51,087 nt of DNA, from NCBI RefSeq assembly GCF_001194135.2, contig NC_068983.1:72203122-72254208 (forward strand). The letters run 5' to 3'. This stretch comes from Octopus bimaculoides (taxonomy: Eukaryota). A program made the position numbers and the translations under genes. Positions within the stretch are counted from its first letter, which is position 1. Every line of letters begins with the position of its first letter. Positions 11,816 to 24,457 of the stretch are shown piece after piece. A model generated the notes under the pieces. It worked only from the letters and a program-made list of their open reading frames with translations, did no database searches and was not told the DNA's origin.

Positions 11816-14344
11816 AAAATTGTGATATGGAAACAGTATAGAACAAATTTAGAAGATAAGTGATAGGAGTTTCTTCAACCCTTATGCTAGACACAAATCT
11901 TCCTTGCATTAGATTACTGCTAACATATCTGGAATCATGGAGCTGCTTTTTAAGTCTCTTCTGTAACCACTTTGATGGTTCTGTATCTCTTAACTAGAAA
12001 ATTCTGTGTTTTGGTTAATAGGCAAAATTGAATATGACTTAGTAGCAATAAACTATTCCTTCACATGCACCATGTCCTTCCTTTGCTCCTGTTTTAAGAG
12101 CTCATGTAGTTACAAACAAGTATAGGCACCTTCATTACCCTCACACCCTTAACCTGGGAAAACATAAAAGACGTAGAGCTATAAAAAGAAACAGTTGTAT
12201 CTATTTAACACACAGGTTGTAGACTTATTTGAAGATGACCTTTATCTATCTTGTCACAGCACATCATTGATTACATACAGCTTATAGTTCCAATAGTGCT
12301 ATCCTTTTGGTCACTGCATTCTGGCAAATGCTACTACTGTTGGCGTGCAACTGCTCATTAACCATCAAGATAGTTTATTTCTAGCTTGTATCTACATCTA
12401 GAGGCCATTCTACTATCAGCCATTTGTCTGTACAGATCAACTAGGTTTATTCCAACTAACCATCTTCATATCTTTTTCAAACGTCCTGTATCTAGAGCTA
12501 CATCATCCAATGTGTCCTTCATGGTTTTTGTTCTAGATTATTGAGTAAGATGTGGAGGAAATTTGGCTACAATTTCTTGTAGGTTGATTAAGTGTGCAGA
12601 GGCTCACCATAAGTTTAAGCTGAAGCTCACCAATTTCAAAAACTTGTAAAAGCTACACAATCATCTTTTTTTTCCTCAGACTAAACAATAGTAACAAAAA
12701 TTCTACTTGCTAAATGTGAGTATGTGATAGTTTCAATCTCAAGCTGAAAACAAGTGTAAGCCAAATATATAGTAATAACAACTATTGCAAATATTGTGAT
12801 TCAAAAGTTAGGGTATAGGTGAGTAGTTTGATTGTTCAAAGCCTGACATAAACAGTACTGAATGCTAGGACAAGACAACATTACTTTAGTAAATATAATC
12901 TCACTCTACTCACAGGCAGCTATTGCATTTGGTTCTTATAGCTGAAATATCTAATTACTCAGACTTGTACAACTGATAACAAGATATAGCGATATGAAAT
13001 GGGTTATAAAAAAATTATAATGTGTGTGTATGGATGACAAATTGGCAGAGATGGTCAAACATTCAACCAACAATGACTTATGGAATTCAATTTTTCTCCA
13101 CACTGACTAACTCTGTTTTTCTCTTCACAAAGAAAGCAAGTGGTGTAAGAGCAAATATGTACAAATAATATTCTGTAATGCTGTGAGAGTTAAATTAAGT
13201 TACCACCACTTCTACAAAAATATTCTAGTGATTAATCCAACAATATACATACATAAACGATAGATGGATGTCAGAATCACTAAAATGGTGAATATTCTTC
13301 TTACATTCTGTCTTCAAATCTCACCCTGGTCTACTTCACTTCTCAACCTTCTAAGATCAGTAATATTAGCACCAGTCAATAAAATAAGTATTGGGTCAAT
13401 GTAATCAACAATTATATCATAAAAGGCTCTGTTCCAGCATAACTACAGACCAATAACTAAAACCAGAATAAAAGAATAAATGAATATATTGTCGTTACAT
13501 CCATTTTTCATAGCTAGCACAGCTTGGCTGATTTTGGAGCAATTGCTTTTACATTTGCAAAGAGAATTTGCTCCAATATAAAAACTAAGAAAATATGCAT
13601 TCAGTAATAACTACTTTTTAATGTAAAGAGAAGGAGGCTTCTATAACTTCTATTTCTTTCCTTTCTTATATATACTTTAATGCACTATCCAGTTTGTACA
13701 GGCAGAATGAAAAATGTTAAGTGTTGTGACATTAATGTGAAGCCAATTAAAAATAGCATATTAAATAGTTTGTCATATGAATACAAAACCAGTGCAAAAA
13801 TTGTGATATTGATTGATAAACACAAGATAAATATTCTAATAAAATCTACAAGAGCTAATATTCTCCAGATTTTTTCCCCAGCAATGAAAATAGTAACCTT
13901 AATATTAAAATAACAAGACTGAATCCTAATTTATGCAAGGAATTATGTATCAATGTAACTCTGCTTCTACAAATACACTTTCATCATTTCCAAACTGTTT
14001 TACCAGATATCAATTATAAAAAAGAACAACAGATGTATGCAGGTGAGTTATCAGTATGTTAGACTGCTGACTAGAGCTCTTGATGTTCTACACCCCATCA
14101 CTAGCACTGAAAAGATAGTCAGGATTTTCCTTAGTGGAAATAACTTTGGAGGTTCTGTCATCACTATCTAAGCATCTAGTATACATTTACAATAAATACA
14201 TTAATACTATAATGTTATCTTCTGAATTATGGAATTTATTCAAAGGATCTCAAAAATACTATTAGATGATGTATATTATTTTATGATCCTGTATTTTATA
14301 AATTAACAAAAAATGCAAATTGAGAACTAGTTGGTTGATGCATG

Positions 14345-14770
14345 AATCAGAAGAATGATGTGATACAGTAGCATCATACATGCAAGACAGGGGCATTGAA
14401 TGTGCAAAGGACATTTGATAGCTGGAGAGAAATGTAGTAAGCATTATCTGTTGGATGTGCAATGTCAACATGTATGAGATACAAAGCACAAACTGAAAAA
14501 GCAGCTGATTAGCTAAGAAAACAGTGTGAGGGGAGATGACAGTAAGGTGTGGACATGTGATGTAAATAGACAATGATACAAGATGATGAGTAGTGTATGA
14601 TATTGTAGGAAGGTACTTGTGGAAGAGTCAAACAAAAGAAGACATGAGAAGAAGTGTTGAGGTCACAGCTTGCAATCACAGAGGAAGAGGCAAAAAACTA
14701 AGATGAATGACAATATGCCATATTAATAGACATTTCCAAACCATGCCAGCTTGGAAAACAAGCAATAAAA
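14345..14770 (+). mobile_element. Degenerate RTE LINE 3' ORF2 fragment plus tail
   Basis: Frameshifted match to the RTE C-terminus (ETWAL..ERNE..RWMCNV..GHVM..GTCGRGRP..TWEEVL), ending in catgccagcttggaaaac. Confidence 0.65.
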
Positions 14771-15334
14771 TGCTGTTGTTGTTGATAATAATGAATCTGG
14801 TTCTCTATTCTATTTAATAATAATAAAATTTGGCTACATATTTCTGAAGCCTAAACATAATAAATTTAGATTTCAGAAATATGCAACCAAATTTTATTTT
14901 AACAATTTTACAATATATTATTAACACTAAATCAGTTGAGCATACACATAGAGAAATGATTTGGGTATATCAGAAATGATATTAATGTAAGTTTGGTGAT
15001 GATATACAGTTCCTGAATTCTGTTATCATAACTCATATCTCAAATTTATATTATACTTGTCAAATGTCACCTTTCACTCATTCATACATTTGTTTGACCA
15101 TGTATTATTTCAACTTAAGGACATAAGACTTGAAGATCATCAAAAATTATCGAAACAATGTTTTACCAATAATATGAAAATAGCATTCTGAAAATGTCAA
15201 TAAATGACAATAATAATGCCATTTAATGATGTGGTATTTATTGCTACAATTTAGTGTTCTTATTTTCATTGCATTACACAGTGTAATTCTGTGTTCCTTA
15301 GGTCTGTGCAGTATTATGATTTACTTTTAATCGT

Positions 15335-15830
15335 ATTAAAAGTACTCTACATAAGAAGTGTACGATGCCTCGTCATGATATTTTCTATATTTTGTGTAAA
15401 TAAGTGTGTCCTAGGGTTTTGGTTATGTACTTGATTGCATGATTTTATATCATTCCAAAAGCATTTATTATTGTAGGGGTTATATGCTTTAAACTTCCAT
15501 ATTCATGTTCATCTGGATAATCTCTCTGTTGCTTTAAGAGATATTTTTATCATCTGTCAGGTCTAGTACTTTGATGAGTCACCTTCCCCTTGTTGTCTTT
15601 GACAACAATTACCAGTCGATCAACTTCAATCTCTTTGTCTGTGTGTATTAGTATACTCCCTAGTAGGATTATTTTCTCATTTTCTTAAGACCTTTTTTGG
15701 TGTATGTCTATACTATCTCTTATTTGTAGCTATTTCATATTGCTGGCATGATCTCAAGTGTGTCTAAGTCCAAACTTGGTCATACCTGTAGGTATATTCT
15801 TTCTTGGCGAAGACTGGGCAGCTAGAGAAG
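15335..15830 (-). mobile_element. R4/Dong-clade LINE C-terminal fragment (CCHC/restriction-like endonuclease region)
   Basis: Reverse-strand peptides SCPVFAKKEYTYRYDQV..YRHTPKKV..ILIHTDKEIEVDRLVIVVKD..TPTIINAFGMI..KYITKTLG follow the R4 pattern GCPVLAKKEY.HRHD..WDMPIHTDREIKANRPDIVVKD..IPIIVGALGMI. Stops and frameshifts are present. Confidence 0.8.
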
Positions 15831-16613
15831 AGACATTAGATAATGTAGTACTAAATACACTAAATATGAAAAAGGAAAGATGAGATGGACACAATTGGAA
15901 TGCTTTGATCTGACATGGGATTCAACAGCTACACATTTCTGATGTTTTGAAAATGTTCTTACACAAGGCCTATAGATTTTAGTGAAATTTCTTGCTAACT
16001 ATGGCCTTGGTCTCAATCACATTTAACTTCAATTACAACCCACAATTCTATGTTTTAATAAACTTCTGTATTAGTTTGGTAGATTTACTGGAGACTCACT
16101 TCATCAGCTTATTAAAATTTCCCATTACAAATTCACTTTAGCTTTCATCTTTCTGTTGTCAATATATTAAGACCCAAATGAGAAAACTAATACTGGTCTT
16201 GATGTAATTGTGTCCATATTTATTAAGACCCAGATGATGAAATGAATACTGGTATTGACAGGATTGTATCCATCTTGCTGGACAAAATTCAATCAACAGT
16301 GATGAATCAAGATGAATACAATTCAATGACTGCAACTAGTAAAAGCATAAAAGAATCTTTTGTGACCAAATTGAAATAGAAAAAGAAGACATGTTTTGAT
16401 AATAGAGCCATGGTATTTGTGTACAAACATACACATACACACACACACTCTCTCTCTCTCTTTTACACACACACACACACACACACTTGCATAGTAAATT
16501 CTGTACTGAGTCAACTAACAATTGCAAAAATTCAAGAATTTTCTTCCAGTTAACCTACCTAGCATTCATGGTTATACATTCAGATGCAAATTTGAATTAT
16601 ATATTTGTTGTAG

Positions 16614-16615
<2 letters not shown>

Positions 16616-16648
<33 letters not shown>

Positions 16649-16886
16649 NNNNNNNNNNNNNNNNNNNNNNNNNNNNNNNNNNNNNNNNNNNNNNNNNNNN
16701 NNNNNNNNNNNNNNNNNNNNNNNNNNNNNNNNNNNNNNNNNNNNNNNNNNNNNNNNNNNNNNNNNNNNNNNNNNNNNNNNNNNNNNNNNNNNNNNNNNNN
16801 NNNNNNNNNNNNNNNNNNNNNNNNNNNNNNNNNNNNNNNNNNNNNNNNNNNNNNNNNNNNNNNNNNNNNNNNNNNNNNNNNNNNNN

Positions 16887-16927
<41 letters not shown>
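16616..16927. other. Assembly gap (238 N, 16649-16886) between (TA)n and (TC)n tracts
   Basis: Directly visible. Confidence 0.95.
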
Positions 16928-16931
<4 letters not shown>

Positions 16932-18109
16932 CTTTATGGTAGTTGATAATGGTCCTGCTGTGTCAGTTATTGCACAATTCGATTAGCTAAGTGACTAATG
17001 TGACACCATCTTCAACTGCTTTAATCTTCATCTCTTTACTGGCCTCCAAAAATGGCTTTCTCTGTTGGATAGACTCTATCTTGTCCATACTCCTTATTCA
17101 GTAGCCTATTATAGCGATACTTCCACATACATTATTTTCATCAATACTGTGGAGAAAATACAGCTCTATGATATTAATCACAATTCTCCCCTAATGACAT
17201 CCCCTTTTTTATTTGCATTATTTTTCTAACACATTTGCAATTCTAAATCTTTCCCATTTCTCATTGTATAATGGAAAGAACCAATGAGGAAGCACTGACA
17301 TAGTCACTAGGTATGCTAGAAATAGCAGTCATATACCCTTAGATCATACCTTTATGTCTAAAATGAGTACTTTGTATAATGTGGCACTGGGTGCACTGTA
17401 CCTAGGAAAACAAAAAAAAAAAAAAAAAAAAGGAAGAAAACAGGATAGCCATGACTAAAAGGTTTTTGATCTTAGGTTTTCCTAATTAGGGCTGACCTGT
17501 GGCTAAACAACAACATGGCGACATTAAAAAATGTTCAAACCTCTCATGTACTGCTTCTCTACCAGTTAGGTAAAGTTGATGTTTATTATTCTGTCTAGTA
17601 AATACTTTGTTCCTTTACACTTTGCTCAAGTTTATCACTCATTTCTTTTAGTTATTCCATCACTATATTGACAGTTTTGTAATCCTCTGCTGCAGGCATA
17701 AAAATCAAAACCAAACACTAGCTAATGTTCACCTTACATACCTTCCATCTCCCACTTTTACTCAGTATCTTAAACACATGCTGGTTTTCTGGAGATTTTA
17801 TTATATAGAGTGAATCCATTTACATCACAAAACTCCATGAAGCTTATGTTTTCTAAGTTCAAAATACAAGAAATATTTCTTGCTAAACGAAAATAATTCT
17901 TTCCTGTTGATGGAATATTTTTATATAACATCTTCAGTTGAAACAAATAGCTGTAATAAATTAATTTCCTTTTAAATTGTTATATCTAGGTTTTAAAAAA
18001 ATCACAAGCTCAAATTTCAGTAACTGTCTTTCTCTTCATAAACCTATAATTATTTTCTTTATTAATGTTTCATAAATACAACCAAATCTTCCATTAGGAT
18101 GTCAGACAA

Positions 18110-18300
18110 AATGTCTGGGGGTGTTTAGTTATATAACCTTTTATGATTTAATTTCAAATCCTGCTAAGATTAACTTTACATTACATATTTATGGGATTCA
18201 TAAAATAATGTACCAATCAGGCACTGGGATCAGTCTAATTGACATCCACTTGCCCCAAAATATGTGATTTTTGTGCCAATGTTAAAAATTTATATTACCA
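18110..18300 (+). mobile_element. Decayed SINE (family B)
   Basis: gatttaatttcaaatcctgctaagattaacttt...tgtaccaatcaggcactgggatcag resembles the family B body. Confidence 0.45.
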
Positions 18301-19159
18301 AACCTTCTAGCATCTTACTTTCAGTGTTATGTCTTATTGGAAACAAGAACATTATTTTTTAAAAACTATTTATAAAAATAAATGCTCCAAAATGGAATAC
18401 AATTCGTAAATTTATATGAAGACATCCTCATTCTTTTCTTTCATTTCAGGATGTTAATAATGATGATGGTGAAGAAAAAATTATTTAGTTTCCAATAATA
18501 TTATTTATTCAATTTACAGAGTTCTTACTCCACCCACCCACATTACTATATCAGTATCATTTATTTGCAGATTCACTTCTAGTTACAAAAAAAAAAAAAA
18601 AAATTGAAAAACCTTTTGAATTGTATAAATAACAGTAAAAGTATAAAATATTCATTAAGCTGTGATAAATGATAGTATTATAGGTGAAAATATAGTTTTG
18701 TAATTGCTAACAGTCTCTTATATTGTGTAATATCAGACATAGTTTGTTGAGCACATTAAATATTTATTTAGTGACAATTATCTCTAAGTTATTAGAACAG
18801 CAAGTAAAGGTGAGGCCAATGACACAGGTTTAATTATTCAGTGTAATTCTAGAATGGCTTGAGGTTAAGGACTCTTTACTTTCTAATTTTGCCTCCACCA
18901 ACAAATACATAGACTGGTGCAATCAAAGCAGTTGAAACTTTGAATTCACATAAAGCTGATTAAGCCAGGAGTTAAAAGTTAGAAATAATTGTGTCCTTCA
19001 TTCATCAGGTTAACAGCAGAAATGAAATGTTTTAGAAGTCAAGTGAAAGGAGTTGCTATTTTGTTTCATGAATTATAAGTTCCTATTCCATCAGAGATAC
19101 TCTACTGTTATTTTGGTAATTAATGTCATTATCATTAATAAAGAAGCAGAGCAGAAAAA

Positions 19160-19541
19160 TGTTGTTGGCACTCTGTCGCTTACGACGTCGAGGGTTCCAG
19201 TTGATCCGATCAACAGAACAGCCTGCTCATGAAATTAACGTGCAAGTGGCTGAGCACTCCACAGACACGTGTACCCGTAACATAGTTCTCGGGGATATTC
19301 AGCGTGACACAGTGTGACAAGGCTGACCCTTTGAATTACAGGCACAACAGAAACAGGAAGTAAGAGTGAGAGGAAGTTGTGGTGAGAGAGTACAGCAGGG
19401 TTCGCCACCATCCCCTGCCGGAGCCTCGTGGAGCTTTAGGTGTTTTCGTTCAATAAACACTCACAATGCCCGGTCTGGGAATCGAAACCGCGATCCTATG
19501 ACTGCGATTCCGCTGCCCTAACCACTGGGCCATTGCGCCTC
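19160..19541 (-). mobile_element. Full-length young tRNA-derived SINE (382 nt) with 13-bp target-site duplication
   Basis: Head ggaggcgcaatggcccagtggttagg (A box) ...ggtttcgattccc (B box); 3' (caa)n-type tail; TSD cagagcagaaaaa at 19147-19159 and 19542-19554; CpGs retained. Confidence 0.93.
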
Positions 19542-21196
19542 CAGAGCAGAAAAAGAATAAAGGAGAATATTCAGAATTTTTTGTGCAGTTTTGATAAGGA
19601 TACTAACTGGGTTTTGTATCACAATAGTAACAATAGCACAAAATAATATACTTATAAAAACTTTGCATTTATTCTTTTCCTATTACAAAGTGTACATTTA
19701 TTGGATTTCAAAATTAAAGCATAATTTTGGGAATTGATGATACTTAAGCCAAGTATTCAACAATTAAATGGAAATTATGCCTAATTTACAGCTGAGAGGT
19801 TGTGCCAATTAGAATAATACTAGTTGTTGATAACCACAAGAAAATACCAATAGAAGACATTTGGTTTAATTGTCTGCAGTTTCTATAACCATTCTACTAC
19901 TATGTCTCTAATTAGCAGAGTGATTGAACAAGCTTCAACAACTTCCGGTTTGAATTGCATTATTGATTAAACCACATCATTCTGTTTCTTGCTACATATT
20001 TTAATTATTCAACTGATAATACCAAATAATGAAAAGCATTTTCAAAAAAGTTTCATGTATTTTAATGCATTGCAGTAAAATGAGATATGACAGAACACTT
20101 TCTAGAGTCAGACAAAATAAACAATCATAGCATAAAATGCAAACATAAACATTATACAATATAATTGAGGTTCAGAAAATATGCATGTATTAATTTTTTT
20201 TTTTTTTTTACTTCTTAGTCAATAATTGTAAAAAATATTACTTGTAACTAGAAGAAATATTTTGCTTCCAACTGACAATACTATTTCAGTAGAAGTTTGA
20301 ATATATTTGGTGAATTTTTACATTTACATATATTTTCCTTTCACAGAGAGTATAAAAAGTAACATCTAATAGAATATGATATAATCAATAATGCTATATA
20401 GTAATATGCTTGTAAGTTTGCTTTGAAATAATTTTGGTATATAACCCATGCCAGCATGGAAAAGAGACATTAAAGGAGGAGGAGGACAAAAAGAGAAAGC
20501 AAGGTTTGACAACTGAGGGGCCACAATTTCAATATTGTTAGATCTTAAGCAGCTATAGTTTATTTTTTTTATATAATTTAGTCAAAAGAGATGGAACAAA
20601 ACATAGGACCTTTGTTTTATACTCTCTGAGACTAGATGGGGTTGAAGTTATTCTCAAAATGGAGTTAGCTCAAAAGCTTGCAACAGAGAGGGCTTGGCTT
20701 AAGGCAGCTGTGCAGGGCCTATAAGCTCGTGCATTGGTCCAGAACCCAGAGAACCAAGAGCATCCCCATAAAAAAAAAAATCTACAAACACTTTGAGAAG
20801 ATTCACTCCATTGTGGAATGTGAAAGTAGTATTGTTCTATTTATCAAATTTCTATAAGGCACTGCCAACATGGGCCAAATAGTAGCATTAAACCAGATGA
20901 TACATTAAGTCTACAGTCCAATGTAGTTCTATATATCCCTAAAAGGATGGGATGATCACCTACAGAATGTCCTCAATCACAGGTCTACCTAATCCTACAT
21001 GAAATTGCAATTGGGTTAAAACCTAGGAATTATCTATGTGCAAGGTTAAAAATATATTCTTATGTAGAATTAATTTATATGTCCTATGGTGTGATACATA
21101 ATATTTGTCATACAATAAGTAGCAAATCTACATCACCTGTTGACTTATTCTGAAAATTAACTTCTATATAAACAATAATTATGCTAGTTTTAATAT

Positions 21197-21742
21197 ATTT
21201 AATGCAGGGAACATTAAAAAGCTAACAAGAAATAACTACATGGTGGAGGAAAAACAATATGAATAACAACATGGCCGTTGCCAGTACTGCCTGACTGGCC
21301 TTAGTGCCGGTGGCACGTAAAAGCACCCACTACACTCTCGGAGTGGTTGGCGTTAGGAAGGGCATCCAGCTGTAGAAACTCTGCCAAATCAGATTGGAGC
21401 CTGGTGTAGCCACCTGGTCCACCAGTCTTCAGTCAAATCGTCCAACCCATGCTAGCATGGAAAGCGGACGTTGAATGATGATGATGATGATTTTGATTGT
21501 GATAAGCAAAAGAAACAACTTTGCATCTGCTTTGTACTTATGTTCTCTTCAGTAGAATATAAAATTCAATGTCTTATCTAAGTAGTAATAAGAGATCATT
21601 TAGTAAACATACAATATTGTACACTGTACAATTATTTAGACGGTAAATAAAATAAAAACAGTATCAGACATTGACTAATACAAATTTTTTTACCTCAATT
21701 TGGTTATTTGTTGTTATCTAGTTAATGTTCCCTGCATTAAAT
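21197..21742. mobile_element. Probable TIR element (MITE) interrupted by an RTE tail
   Basis: atttaatgcagggaacattaa (21197-21217) is a perfect 21-nt inverted repeat of 21722-21742, with looser pairing for about 20 nt more. No clear TSD. Confidence 0.5.
21271..21490 (+). mobile_element. 5'-truncated RTE LINE 3' tail
   Basis: ggccgttgccagtactgcctgactggc...gttggcgttaggaagggcatccagctgtagaaactctgcc...catgctagcatggaaagcggacg(tga/gat)n, highly similar to 44390-44610. Confidence 0.88.
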
Positions 21743-22564
21743 GTTAACTATAATGTAACTGATATATAAATACTGAAAAGTTTTCCGAGGAATGCCTTTT
21801 ACATGAAAAATATATAGTTAAGTGTAGGTTACTATACTTAATGTAAAGAGTCAAAATGAATTTTCAATCGTACACTCAGAATGAGAAAGCAGTAATTAGC
21901 ATTTATGGTAATTCTTGCCAAAGAAGACAATAGAGAAAAATTGCCTTCTTTGACAAGTACTATCAATAGTGCTAATAATTTTTTCTTTTTATTTTGGGTT
22001 TTGGGTGTAATTTCATGTTATTACTTTTTTTTTTTGCTCATTAAATTAATTAAGTTAACCCACCACAACGACATATATAAACAATCTGACAAAGAGAGTA
22101 CGTATGATTGTGACTAGGTTTTATTATAATTTGTTTCATACATTTGTGAACAATAGCATTACTGGGTACATGTGCTGAAAAATGGTTCTATCACTAGACA
22201 GTCAAGTGACCAGAGAAGCCATGTGGGCAGCCAGACAGTTCGCCATCACCCTCTGACAAGTTCACTGCCACCTTTTTAGCATGTACTGCTCTAACTGAAT
22301 CCATGCAAAGTCCGCTCTGCCAAACATATTCTGCAATATTAGCCACTGACTTTCTCCTCCAGCCAATCCAGGGCATTTAACTTCAAAACAACAATGACAG
22401 TCCATTTGAATGTACAACACCTAGCAGTTTGGAAGCTTGCAATTAATCAGGTGACTGTGAGGGTCTGGAGTTACAAAACAATATTGCTTTGAAGCAACAC
22501 TAGAAATATATCCTTAAAAAGTAGCATAGCTATCACTCACAAGTGGACATAACTTGGGAAGATG

Positions 22565-22980
22565 TACCATCATCATCATCATTTAATGTTCATTGTCCAT
22601 GCTGGCATGGATTGGATGGTTTGACCAGACCTGGTAAGCTGAGGAGCTGCACCAGACTCCAGTCTGATTTCGTGTGGTTTTTATGGCTGGATGTCCTTCC
22701 TAATGCCAACCACTTTAGAGAGCATGTTGGGAGCTTTTACATGGCACTGCACTGGCACTGTTATGTGATGCTGCATGGGTGCTTTTACACGGTGCCACAG
22801 GGGTGCTTTTACACGGTGCCACAGGGGTGCTTTTACATGGCACTGCCATGAGTACTTTACACCACCAAAAGGACCAGTCTTAACACTTCTGCTGCTGAGT
22901 ATGGGTCTTCTTGAGTATAGCAAGGCACCAGGTATCTTGGTCCTTTGTTATCTCACCTGAACGGTTCAGCATCCTGAAGT
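22565..22980 (-). mobile_element. RTE LINE 3' end containing a 24-nt tandem unit
   Basis: Reverse complement of the same tail family; unit gggtgcttttacacggtgccacag repeated about 2.7 times (22778-22845). Confidence 0.75.
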
Positions 22981-24109
22981 CATTATTCAGTACCATGCTT
23001 TTGCTAAGTGTTTTAAGTTGTTTTAGATAGACACTCTTAGTCCTCCCACACTTGGCTCAGCTAAACATCCAAAATGTGGCAGCTAGAAGAAGGTACTGTA
23101 CCAGTTAATGCTGAGGTAGTACTTAGTTTTTAGCATAGAAGTTAGAAACAATGAGAAAATGAGTCCCATGCTCAGAGATAACACACCACTCAGTACAAGA
23201 ATATAACCAAGTGACTTTATGATTGTGAACACAATATTCCTACCACTAGACCACACACCTTATAAGGAATTTATTTCCATATTCTATTGTTCACTATGTA
23301 ATCAATAATCAAATTACTTTTAAGTTCCTTGAATAAATTATCCAAAATCTAATATAATTAACTTCAAAAAATATAAAGAAACATAGAGTTTGGTACTTAG
23401 CTGTGCTTTAAGGGAGTTAGCCACATGAGCTCAAATACTCAAATATTCTCATAGGTTATTAGAAAGAATAGATATCACCCAAATTAATATTATTATTCTA
23501 AAACATACAAAAAACAAGCAGAAGCTTGACGATCTTCCAGGAATTATTGTAAATAAATCAACCAAGGCTACATGACCACTTTAAAACATAGAATCTAAAC
23601 AATCAGTACATATGTAAATAATGATTACTTTTGCCTGGGCATAATGCCATTTATTGTGAGTAAAACTGTAGTTCAGTGAGACACATCCAGCATCTTAATT
23701 GTACCTACCTCATGGCTTCTAGAAAATTGTATTCTGCCACAAACCAATGATTAATCTACCAAAATTCTATTAATAAAGGCATCACTAAAATTTCCCAAAC
23801 TTCATCTGTATTTTTCTTATTGTAAGAATTTGCATACATTACACATACACACAAGTACATACATGCACACACACACACACATATCATGTTAATTAGTCTT
23901 TTATTTATACAAAAAAGAGAATATTCCATGTAATTAGTGCAAAGTAGTAATACTGCCAAAACAAATTGTATATGTAAATGAATATGAAAGAGTGTGGAGA
24001 GAAAATTATAAAAAGAGAGACCCAAATGTGAGCAAGTATATACACAATTCACTCAGTCACAGACAAGCAAAAGTGTTGAATGTCAACATTCATGCACATA
24101 CAAACACCC

Positions 24110-24230
24110 ATACATGCATCAGGCTCAATCCCACTGCACAGCTTCTGGGGCAAGTGCCTTCTACTATAGATTCAGCTGACGAAAGCCTTGTGAATGGATT
24201 TGAAAGATAGGAACTGAAAGAGGCTGTGTT
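24110..24230 (+). mobile_element. SINE family A, partial
   Basis: ggctcaatcccactgcacagc...gggcaagtgccttctactatag...aagccttgtgaatggattt. Confidence 0.65.
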
Positions 24231-24344
24231 TGTGCATGTGTGTGTCTGTGCATGTGTGTGTGTTTACCTTGACATATACCAATTGTAAATGAATGTGGAT
24301 GTGATGATGATGATGATGACGATGAGCTAGCTTCCACTCACAGG

Positions 24345-24457
24345 GCATCAGTCAACCCTGGGCTACAGTAGAAGACACTTTCCCAAGGTGCCATGCAATA
24401 GGTCCAAATCTAAATCCATATGATTGTGAAACAAATTTCTTAATCACACAGCCATGA
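24345..24457 (-). mobile_element. SINE family A
   Basis: Reverse complement catggctgtgtgattaagaaatttg...ccttgggaaagtgtcttctactgtagcccaggg. Confidence 0.65.

Noticed and set aside
12914-12941. 28-nt minus-strand micro-exon candidate (atatttcag| ... |gtgagt)
   Set aside because: Poor pyrimidine tract, not a multiple of 3, immediate stop in phase 0 and no homology.
16165-16280. Two diverged 56-nt direct repeats
   Set aside because: A decayed duplication of a SINE 3' segment with no further structure.
19460-19541. tRNA-like sequence with A and B boxes
   Set aside because: It is the head of a SINE with a TSD and has no complete cloverleaf, so it is not a tRNA gene. The same applies to the other SINE heads.
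23112-23121. let-7-like seed tgaggtagta (also tgaggtagtt near 47836) and bantam-like tgagatca at 26270
   Set aside because: The matches do not extend over the mature miRNA, no precursor hairpin is seen, and two of them lie inside repeats.
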